Below are positions 1-6,459 of a DNA stretch of 28,392 nucleotides, piece after piece. The position numbers were made by a program, and so were the translations under genes. Positions within the stretch are counted from its first letter, which is position 1; each line of letters begins with the position of its first letter. The stretch is from positions 1-28,392 of the IMG/VR virus record IMGVR_UViG_3300027963_000263. The stretch is one strand, 5' to 3'. Under the pieces are notes generated by a model. It saw nothing but the letters and a program-made list of their open reading frames with translations. It made no database searches and was not told the origin of the DNA. Origin of the DNA: a virus (taxonomy: Duplodnaviria; Caudoviricetes).

Positions 1-88
1 TTTCGTACCCACCCTACATGGCGCAGAAATAATGGCTCTAATCGGCTGCAGTACTAAATCTACTTGATTGACTTATATCAAGTGCCTG

Positions 89-108
89 TACTGTATGGAT
101 AACCATTA
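89..108. promoter_or_regulatory. Degenerate LexA/SOS-box-like sequence
   Basis: TACTGTATGGATAACCATTA versus the proteobacterial consensus TACTGTATATATATACAGTA; left arm perfect, right CAG is CAT. Confidence 0.25.
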
Positions 109-129
109 GGGTTTTGGAGCAGTCTTATA

Positions 130-142
130 AATCAAGGACTTA
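130..142 (+). promoter_or_regulatory. IHF-binding-site consensus match
   Basis: AATCAAGGACTTA matches WATCAANNNNTTR exactly, in non-coding DNA upstream of the first gene. Confidence 0.45.
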
Positions 143-228
143 CAGACTCTGGCACGATTCTATTATGCTATATATGTGTAAGGGCAGCATTTTTGCCCCT
201 ACTTGTTCAACCAATAGGAAAGCACACA

Positions 229-429
229 ATGGAACATCTAATCGACTATCAGCTCCGCACAGAGTGCAGCGACAACACGGCTATCTACACTGACGAATGG
301 GATAACGGCCTGTCTCTGTCTGTAATGGTGCGTGGAGGCTCTGCTCGCGCTACTCTTACCCGTGAACAAGCCCATGCATTGATCGAAGCGATTCAATTCG
401 CACTATCTGCCAATGGAGCGCAAGCATGA
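229..429 (+). CDS. Hypothetical early phage protein (66 aa)
   Basis: ATG at 229 preceded by TAGGA; stop overlaps the next ATG (ATGA). Confidence 0.75.
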   Translation: MEHLIDYQLRTECSDNTAIYTDEWDNGLSLSVMVRGGSARATLTREQAHALIEAIQFALSANGAQA

Positions 430-512
430 AAACCATTATTTTTTTTTCTAAATGCTTTGCAATAGCGTTTGTATTATCTTTTCCCTTGATTATGTATTTT
501 TATAATATGTAA
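426..512 (+). CDS. Small single-TM membrane peptide (28 aa, MKTIIFFSKCFAIAFVLSFPLIMYFYNM)
   Basis: Translated by hand; ATGA coupling to the upstream gene, GGAG upstream, hydrophobic core. Confidence 0.55.
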   Translation: MKTIIFFSKCFAIAFVLSFPLIMYFYNM

Positions 513-557
513 TTGGTTTTCTTTTATTCAAATTAATGTAATTCAATAGGATTTATC

Positions 558-1436
558 ATGCAAATTAAGACATTTAATACCGCACCAAAATTTAACAAAC
601 TGCAAAATCTATCGATAGCAGTGCAAACCGGCGGCACTGTAGAAATTTCCCGTGCATTGTTGCAACTACAAACCGATGATGCATTCTCTACCGTAGGCTG
701 GCAGAAAGCTTTTAATTTGCTTGCCAATGCATTTGCAGACAATAAACCGCGTTTTTCTATTTTTGCTTTACAAGGTAACGAAAAATTACCCTTTGTAGCG
801 TTTTCTACTTTGCCCGGTGTTACATGTCCGGGCGCGGGTGAATGCATTAAATTCTGTTACTCATATCGTGCATGGAGATACCCTAATGCATTTGCCCGTA
901 TGGTGCAAAATGCTTATTTTTTACGCTTTGCGCCCGATGTTATTGCCGATGCATTCGCCACAATAGCTAATGAGCGGCCCGAAGGATTCGATTTTCGTTT
1001 GTACGTTGACGGTGATTTTTCTAGTGCCGCCGATGTCTATTTCTGGATGCAAATTATCAAAGCTCACCCATTGGTGCGCGCCTATGGCTATTCGAAAAGC
1101 TTTGCGATCCTTTTAGGCTATGACACCGGTACAAATAGCGATTGGCCTACAAATTACCATTTGAACATCTCGAGCGGACACAATGCTAGCGACGCGATCG
1201 TTCGCTATGTCAAAGCTTTGCCTATCACGCGGGGTGAATTTATCGCTGTTAACATCGGTCGCACTGTGCGATCCAATGATCACGGTACAGCATCGGTCAA
1301 CAAGGCACTGCGCGAAGCTTTTCCCGGTGAAAAGATTTTCCCGTGCCCCGGCGCATGCGGATCGTGCACCGGCAAAGGGCATGCATGCGGCATGTCTACA
1401 CTCAAAGGGATCACGATCGCGATCGCCGTGCACTGA
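558..1436 (+). CDS. GP88-like (phage Gene product 88) protein, putative Fe-S / radical-SAM-like enzyme
   Basis: CPGAGECIKFCY (Cx5Cx3C), FRLYVDGDF, YGYSKS, C-terminal CPGACGSC..HAC and terminal H; TAGGA SD. Confidence 0.7.
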   Translation: MQIKTFNTAPKFNKLQNLSIAVQTGGTVEISRALLQLQTDDAFSTVGWQKAFNLLANAFADNKPRFSIFALQGNEKLPFVAFSTLPGVTCPGAGECIKFCYSYRAWRYPNAFARMVQNAYFLRFAPDVIADAFATIANERPEGFDFRLYVDGDFSSAADVYFWMQIIKAHPLVRAYGYSKSFAILLGYDTGTNSDWPTNYHLNISSGHNASDAIVRYVKALPITRGEFIAVNIGRTVRSNDHGTASVNKALREAFPGEKIFPCPGACGSCTGKGHACGMSTLKGITIAIAVH

Positions 1437-1454
1437 TAGATTGATCATCCAATA

Positions 1455-1476
1455 ACCCGCCACTGTGCGGGTTTTT
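1455..1476 (+). terminator. Rho-independent terminator
   Basis: ACCCGC-CACTGT-GCGGGT followed by a T run, about 20 nt after the GP88-like stop. Confidence 0.8.
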
Positions 1477-1482
1477 GCGTTT

Positions 1483-1563
1483 GTGCGCCCGTGAATCGGT
1501 GCGCCATTGGATCGGTGCGCCCATTGTTTACCCATAGCGAACCGGGATAGGTGCGCCCATTGT
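1483..1563 (+). repeat. Four iterated GTGCGCC(C)-core direct repeats, three extended to AT(C/A)GGTGCGCC(C)ATTG
   Basis: Copies at 1483-1490, 1495-1509, 1511-1527, 1547-1563. Confidence 0.85.
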
Positions 1564-1580
1564 GGGCGTGGTTTGAATAG

Positions 1581-1660
1581 AGCCGTTTTAAGCCGTTTTC
1601 TGCGTGTGGTGCTACATTGCCATGCACTACAGACAAAAAATGCGCTGTAAGCCGTTTTAA
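1581..1660 (+). repeat. Three AGCCGTTTT direct repeats around a hairpin
   Basis: Copies at 1581, 1591, 1650; stem TGTGGTGC (1605-1612) / GCACTACA (1624-1631). Confidence 0.8.
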
Positions 1661-1700
1661 GTGCCTTTATGGGCTATCGGTGATCGTGTGGGTTTGTCTC

Positions 1701-1854
1701 GCATGCGTGTGTCGTGCGTATGCATGGTGCGCGAGCGCGTGCGAGCGTGTGGGTGCGCGTGCGCGTGATGTGCGCGTATGGGTGCGCGTAGGCGCATGGG
1801 TGGGTGCGCGTGGGTGCGGGTGCGGGCGTGTGTGCATGTGTGTACGCATACATG
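1701..1854 (+). repeat. G/T-skewed, largely alternating purine-pyrimidine tract with a G-quadruplex motif
   Basis: GTGCGCGT-type units; perfect RY alternation 1826-1854; five GGG runs 1798-1826. Confidence 0.85.
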
Positions 1855-1856
1855 AG

Positions 1857-1884
1857 AGACCCCCCTCCCCAAAAGTTTTTGACC
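1857..1884 (+). repeat. 28-bp direct repeat, copy 1 (copy 2 at 2554-2581)
   Basis: AGACCCCCCTCCCCAAAAGTTTTTGACC versus AGACCCCCCCCGGCAAAAGTTTTTGACC, 25/28 identical. Confidence 0.85.
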
Positions 1885-1925
1885 TCTGTTTTTGCTTTTT
1901 AGGAAATGGGTTTGGTTTTGTGGAA

Positions 1926-2285
1926 CTATCCGAGAAATTTCAACTTGTAGATTGTGGAATCAATGCTCTGTGCAATTTCGTCAATAAGGTTTTGGATTTC
2001 GCTGTCTTGCGGAAGCCCCTGTCTTTCCTGCTCAACGTACTGTTTTAGCGTTACCAGTTCCTGCAAGCTGTCAGGGTTGGGGCCATGATATGAAAGCGGG
2101 AATTGTGGTTGCATCTCATAGCGGCCCATCAGGGCTTCGGTCAACTGGTCTATCAGTTCGGGAAGGCCGGTATAAAACTCGCCCAGGGCTTGATGTTCGC
2201 CGTATCGGGTGGCTTGCCAATGCAGGATATGGGTGTTGGTGGCTGCATGGAGCAGGGTCAAAATGAAGTCGGCTACTTTATCCAT
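1926..2285 (-). CDS. Ferritin/Dps-like four-helix protein (DUF5856-like)
   Basis: HILHWQ..YGEHQALGEFY..L.ELID.L.E motif resembles Dps ferroxidase ligands; start reassigned to MDKVADF (2285), which overlaps the upstream stop. Confidence 0.75.
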   Translation of the reverse strand: MDKVADFILTLLHAATNTHILHWQATRYGEHQALGEFYTGLPELIDQLTEALMGRYEMQPQFPLSYHGPNPDSLQELVTLKQYVEQERQGLPQDSEIQNLIDEIAQSIDSTIYKLKFLG

Positions 2286-2646
2286 GATTGATTCCCAAGT
2301 GATTGAGGACGTTTCGGGCTGCTTCCACCTTCCAAGGTCTGGTGGCAATGTTATTGGCGATTTTATGCCACTCTGCTACTTGGAGCAAATGAGCGGCCTG
2401 GAATGCTTCTTCTTTTTCTTCTTTGCTGGCAGATCCCTGATCCAGCCATTGGTGGCATCCAAAGCACCCCCATACGCTGTAGGCATCACTAGCCTTGATG
2501 CCCATTCCCTTCCCAGACATCGCAGAATTGTGATGACAAGCAACTGTGGAATCAGACCCCCCCCGGCAAAAGTTTTTGACCCTCAAAAGGCAAAATTGGT
2601 CTTGTGCCAGCTTCAGCAGGGATTTGTCTCTATAAATTTCATTCAT
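2278..2646 (-). CDS. DUF1364/YbcO-like putative zinc-binding nuclease
   Basis: C..R...C......TVACH, GKGMGIKASD, GCFGCHQWLD motifs; ATG start at 2646 preferred over TTG 2655. Confidence 0.75.
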   Translation of the reverse strand: MNEIYRDKSLLKLAQDQFCLLRVKNFCRGGSDSTVACHHNSAMSGKGMGIKASDAYSVWGCFGCHQWLDQGSASKEEKEEAFQAAHLLQVAEWHKIANNIATRPWKVEAARNVLNHLGINHG

Positions 2647-2651
2647 CTGTC

Positions 2652-2975
2652 TCAACCCATGTTCCGCAGCTCTGCCCGCTTGCTGTATTCATTTGTCTTC
2701 CAAATTTCAATCCTTAGTTCCGCAGCCTTTAACATGAATTTGAGCCGTTCTTCCTCTTCAGTAGCTGCTCTTAGCCCTTTTAGCTGTTCCACATAGTCAT
2801 CATGGGCGTACGCATAGGCTTCCTTTGCCCCAAGAGTTCCCTCTTCATTGCCCATTAGCTTGGACTTCACGGATCGTAGGTAGTTCTCAATGAACACACG
2901 GTTGGCTTTGGCCTCGGCGTACTTGGGGGCGTTATCCCGCAAGTATTCAACGGCTTTGTTCGGATCAATTTCCAT
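2652..2975 (-). CDS. Conserved phage helical protein (possibly a UvsY-like recombination mediator)
   Basis: Coiled-coil character, AKEAYAYAHDDY and IEIWKT motifs; AGGA SD; function uncertain. Confidence 0.6.
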   Translation of the reverse strand: MEIDPNKAVEYLRDNAPKYAEAKANRVFIENYLRSVKSKLMGNEEGTLGAKEAYAYAHDDYVEQLKGLRAATEEEERLKFMLKAAELRIEIWKTNEYSKRAELRNMG

Positions 2976-2983
2976 GTCTATTC

Positions 2984-3253
2984 CTATAAGTTTTCGTCAA
3001 TCAATTTCTGTACACCGGCACTCAAGTCCCCATTGCCCATGTCCAGCAGAATCTGATGCTGGATACGGGTGTGGTTGATGTAGACCTGGGAGTCGTATGG
3101 TCTTTCTCTTTTTCTTCCTGCGCCCTTACGGTAACCACCATGCTTACCAATAACCCTACCAAGTCTCTTAGCCCGAGCAGCCCTGCGCTTCTCCCGCTGG
3201 AGTTCTTTCAACCACTCAGGCTTTGTATATACAAATGGGTCTTCAATTTCCAT
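2984..3253 (-). CDS. Basic putative DNA-binding protein
   Basis: GGYRKGAGRK motif and R/K-rich segment; in operon. Confidence 0.6.
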   Translation of the reverse strand: MEIEDPFVYTKPEWLKELQREKRRAARAKRLGRVIGKHGGYRKGAGRKRERPYDSQVYINHTRIQHQILLDMGNGDLSAGVQKLIDENL

Positions 3254-3515
3254 CGAGCACTCTCAACATCATCACTGCGGCTTCAGGGCAATCTACCCTG
3301 CATAACGTGCCACCTTTCCAATTTTGGAAAAAATCAGCTTGTAAACCCGTAAAGCGCGCCTTACTATCAGTCTTAATTTCCATCAAAAAAGTCCAGTTTT
3401 TATAACCAACGAGCAAATCTACAGGCAAACCAATAATCCATACATATGCACCGGCATTTCTCAATGCCGCAACAATTTCTGCCTGATTAGCGTCTACCCT
3501 AGCTGCGCGTCTCAT
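3243..3515 (-). CDS. VRR-NUC / PD-(D/E)XK nuclease (Holliday-junction-resolvase-like)
   Basis: RVDANQAEIVAALR..G, PVDLLVGY, LMEIK, and the T..Q..F...W motif. Confidence 0.8.
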   Translation of the reverse strand: MRRAARVDANQAEIVAALRNAGAYVWIIGLPVDLLVGYKNWTFLMEIKTDSKARFTGLQADFFQNWKGGTLCRVDCPEAAVMMLRVLDGN

Positions 3516-3694
3516 TCAATTTCTCCATCCTTGAATTGCCGTAAGTAAGCCTTGATCCGAGGAATAGCATCCCTGCCATAGTGATCCACAGACCGATTGA
3601 CCAGCTTAACCATGTTTTCCCGATCTTTTGTCAAACAAAATGTTACCCATATTTCCCTTGCCCGTGCTAGTTCTAAGTACGCCTGATCACTCAT
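3512..3694 (-). CDS. Hypothetical protein (60 aa)
   Basis: ATGA overlaps at both ends within the operon. Confidence 0.7.
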   Translation of the reverse strand: MSDQAYLELARAREIWVTFCLTKDRENMVKLVNRSVDHYGRDAIPRIKAYLRQFKDGEIE

Positions 3695-5196
3695 AGCAAA
3701 GCGTCAACCTCTTGAATTCTTTTGCCAATCCATGCCATCACAGGCACAGCCATTGAGTTGCCCAGCGCCTTGTACCTTGGCCCGTCAGGGGTCGCCTTGC
3801 CTTTGGGCTGAATGTCGGTGTAGTTGTCGCCAAAGCCTTGGAGACGTTCGCATTCCACAGGGGTCAAACGGCGTACCGCCATTGATGCTTGCAAGACCGA
3901 ATACACCTGTTGGGTGACTTCAGAAGATTGCGGAGAACGACTTGGGTCATTGGCGGCTGTCAATGTCGGGGCTACAACTGAAGTCGCCACCGCCATTGCT
4001 TGAACCAACCCTAACCCACCCTGATGGCAAGACGGGTCAAGCCCTCTAGAAGTGTCTAAAGTTTTTGAAACATCAACTTGATTGACACCGCTATCGGGAT
4101 TGCTTGACTTCATGGAGTTGGAGGATAGGCTGTCAAAGGCGTATGCAATGGGTTGCATGACTGCCATTGCTTGCAGCGCCATATATCCAGCCGCAGCATA
4201 ATCAATGCTGTTGCTAAACCCGCCTGATGTGTTGCGTGAAAGCATAGTTCCAGCTACATCATGCGTTGCCACCGCCATTGGATTCTTGGCTCCTAATGTC
4301 TGAGTCATGTCCACATCAGTCTGCGGGTTTGACATCTGCCCGCTGAATGCAATCGGTTGCGCCACACCATGCACACCTGTAGCGTTGAGCGTATACATTG
4401 GGCCGCCATCAGTAAACCCATCACCGTTGCCACCATTCTCTGGTTTTCGTCCTATGGTGTTCTCAGCAAGTGCAATAGGTTGCGCTGGAACAAACATAGG
4501 ACAACCAGCATTGACGTGCTGATTTTCCAATCCCATTTTTGTGCCAAATGTCGTATCCAATGTGCTGCTTACGTCAGCGGGCCATCTACCGATTTGAGCG
4601 CCTTCTCTAACATCTCTGGCAAAACTTTTCCCCTTTTCTCGGCTCGGCGCAGGATGCCCCGACAGGCTGTGGCGCTCAAAAAGAACCGCTGCGGCAGGTC
4701 GCCAATCTCCAAGGTATCCGACAACGAACACACGGCGGCGTCGCTGTGCCACTCCGAAATATTGAGCGTCAAGCACCCGGTATGCGAACCCATACCCGAG
4801 GATTGCCAACCCTCCGAGGAAGGAACCAAAGTCCCGTCCTCCAGCGGAGGACAAAACGCCGGGGACGTTCTCCCAGACCAGCCAGTTGGGGCGATATCGT
4901 TTAGCAATGGCAAGGTAGACAAGCATGAGGTTGCCACGCGGGTCATCCAATCCTTTTCTGAGTCCTGCGACTGAGAAAGACTGACATGGTGTTCCTCCAA
5001 CGAAAACATCGACATCTGCATCAGGCCACTCCTTAAATTTGGTCATATCGCCCAAGTTGGGTACGTCTGGATAGTGGTGCTGTAGCACCTTGCATGGGAA
5101 AGGTTCAATTTCCGAATAGGCTACCGATTCCCATCCCAATGGATGCCAGGCAACGCTTGCCGCCTCAATCCCGCTACAAACAGATAAAAATTTCAT
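3691..5196 (-). CDS. DNA (cytosine-5) methyltransferase with an expanded multi-module variable region
   Basis: Motif I SVCSGIEA, IV GGTPCQSFS, VI WENVPG, VIII QRRRRVFVVG, IX RRLTPVECERLQGF, X YKALGNSMAV. Confidence 0.95.
   Translation of the reverse strand: MKFLSVCSGIEAASVAWHPLGWESVAYSEIEPFPCKVLQHHYPDVPNLGDMTKFKEWPDADVDVFVGGTPCQSFSVAGLRKGLDDPRGNLMLVYLAIAKRYRPNWLVWENVPGVLSSAGGRDFGSFLGGLAILGYGFAYRVLDAQYFGVAQRRRRVFVVGYLGDWRPAAAVLFERHSLSGHPAPSREKGKSFARDVREGAQIGRWPADVSSTLDTTFGTKMGLENQHVNAGCPMFVPAQPIALAENTIGRKPENGGNGDGFTDGGPMYTLNATGVHGVAQPIAFSGQMSNPQTDVDMTQTLGAKNPMAVATHDVAGTMLSRNTSGGFSNSIDYAAAGYMALQAMAVMQPIAYAFDSLSSNSMKSSNPDSGVNQVDVSKTLDTSRGLDPSCHQGGLGLVQAMAVATSVVAPTLTAANDPSRSPQSSEVTQQVYSVLQASMAVRRLTPVECERLQGFGDNYTDIQPKGKATPDGPRYKALGNSMAVPVMAWIGKRIQEVDALL
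4569..5021 (-). CDS. Nested +1-frame gene inside the methyltransferase (candidate second subunit, M.EcoHK31I beta-like)
   Basis: 150 codons open in an alternative same-strand frame; TAAGGAG (5029-5035) 7 nt upstream of the ATG; protein-like C-terminus CSLSDTLE..DLPQRFFLSATACRGILRRAEKRGK. Confidence 0.7.
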   Translation of the reverse strand: MQMSMFSLEEHHVSLSQSQDSEKDWMTRVATSCLSTLPLLNDIAPTGWSGRTSPAFCPPLEDGTLVPSSEGWQSSGMGSHTGCLTLNISEWHSDAAVCSLSDTLEIGDLPQRFFLSATACRGILRRAEKRGKVLPEMLEKALKSVDGPLT

Positions 5197-6173
5197 GATG
5201 CAACGTGTGGATAGTTCGGAAAGAACAAAGGCCGGTCATGCGGCTCTGCAACATATTGCTGGGCATCACGATGAAACCACAGCTTTACGGTAGGCTCACC
5301 TTCCCCGCTGCCTTCATAGTTCCGCTGCTTACGGCACAACAGGTAATGGTCAGGATCATTACTTTGCTTCGCAAACTCGCCTTGATCCTTGATGGCATCT
5401 TCCTTAACCTTGTTGCGCCAGACCAGCATGACGTTGTCCACTAAGTCTGTAATAGCCCCTGATCCCTTGTTGTCGTGCTTGTCGGGTACGCTATTCTCAT
5501 TGGCTGGCTTCTTCAAGTGGTGGACAAGGTGGATGTGCATGTCGTAGTCCCGAGCCACAGAGGTCAACTCATCAACAAACTGCTTTTGCCCGTTGTAGTC
5601 ATCTTCACCCTTCACGCACTTCGCCAAGTTATCCACAAAAACGTGAGTTATCCCCAACTCTTTCGCACAATACCGCACCATGCCAATGGTGGTGGCGGCA
5701 TCCGCAGTCCCCATTTGGTCATACAGCCACATGCTGCCGGTAGTCCAATCGCCAAACTGGTCGTACAAGCTGTCAAGGGCATCTATCCCGTCTTCCCCTT
5801 GGAACTCCACCGAAAACGGATTACAACCAATCCACATCCGCGCCATCCGCTGTAGGGTTGTGGCGGGTTTCATCTCAAAACTGGCTACACACACCTTCTC
5901 TCCCTGTCCAATGAGGCTGAGAGCCACCTGGGATGTCATCAAAGATTTGCCATGCCCGTTCTGTCCTGACCACAAAGTAACTTCACCCTTGCGAAACTCA
6001 AAGTTCTCATTGGTCTTCGTCCACGGCAAGTAGGTTACATGCTGCTTGACCTTCTCCCGCAACCGGCTCTTAATCACGCCAACGTAGTCGGAAGCCTTTT
6101 TTACTTTGGTCTTCGCGTCTGTCTCCCGTAGGTACAGTCGGAAGTCAATCGTGTCACTCAATATTTCAGCCAT
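5193..6173 (-). CDS. Superfamily 4 (DnaB/T7 gp4-like) replicative helicase without a primase domain
   Basis: Walker A SGQNGHGKS, SFEM, Walker B VFVDNL, HLVHH, GSGAITDLVD, KQR; start reassigned to MAEILSD. Confidence 0.9.
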   Translation of the reverse strand: MAEILSDTIDFRLYLRETDAKTKVKKASDYVGVIKSRLREKVKQHVTYLPWTKTNENFEFRKGEVTLWSGQNGHGKSLMTSQVALSLIGQGEKVCVASFEMKPATTLQRMARMWIGCNPFSVEFQGEDGIDALDSLYDQFGDWTTGSMWLYDQMGTADAATTIGMVRYCAKELGITHVFVDNLAKCVKGEDDYNGQKQFVDELTSVARDYDMHIHLVHHLKKPANENSVPDKHDNKGSGAITDLVDNVMLVWRNKVKEDAIKDQGEFAKQSNDPDHYLLCRKQRNYEGSGEGEPTVKLWFHRDAQQYVAEPHDRPLFFPNYPHVAS

Positions 6174-6459
6174 GCCAATCAATCCAGTTATCGCAACAGG
6201 CAATTACTTTGCTTGCTGAGTGCTTTATGCATAAATCCAAGAGCGTCTTGGCCCGTTCCACGCTGTAGCTGCTGATGTGGACATCTAAGCCAACAGTGTA
6301 CCGCAAATCAAGTGTATTCAAGTTGTCGCCATCGACACACACAACAGGATCGTCCTGAAACTCTTCCCAGGTAGTTGTGCAGGGGTAGTCAAGTAGCCAG
6401 ATCGCAGACGGCTTGTAACCCTGCATACGCATCTTGATGATGCCGTCATGTCCCTTCAT
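6166..6459 (-). CDS. Hypothetical protein between initiator and helicase (97 aa)
   Basis: ATG 6459 overlaps the upstream stop (ATGA), GGGGG SD. Confidence 0.7.
   Translation of the reverse strand: MKGHDGIIKMRMQGYKPSAIWLLDYPCTTTWEEFQDDPVVCVDGDNLNTLDLRYTVGLDVHISSYSVERAKTLLDLCIKHSASKVIACCDNWIDWHG

Noticed and set aside
149-168. Sigma-54 promoter
   Set aside because: TGGCACG matches the -24 box, but the TGC lies 4 nt too far downstream for the strict -24/-12 spacing
1483-1660. CRISPR-like mini-array
   Set aside because: Repeats are only 9-17 bp with irregular spacing, no spacer-sized unique segments and no cas genes
1617-2048. ORFs across the RY tract (1617-2048 +, 1657-1872 -, 1667-1849 -)
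   Set aside because: Low-complexity translations (VCAR/HTR-rich) that stay open only because the tract lacks stop codons; no convincing SD
4357-4974. 205-aa antisense ORF over the methyltransferase
   Set aside because: No recognisable motifs or RBS; best explained as a shadow of dual coding on the opposite strand
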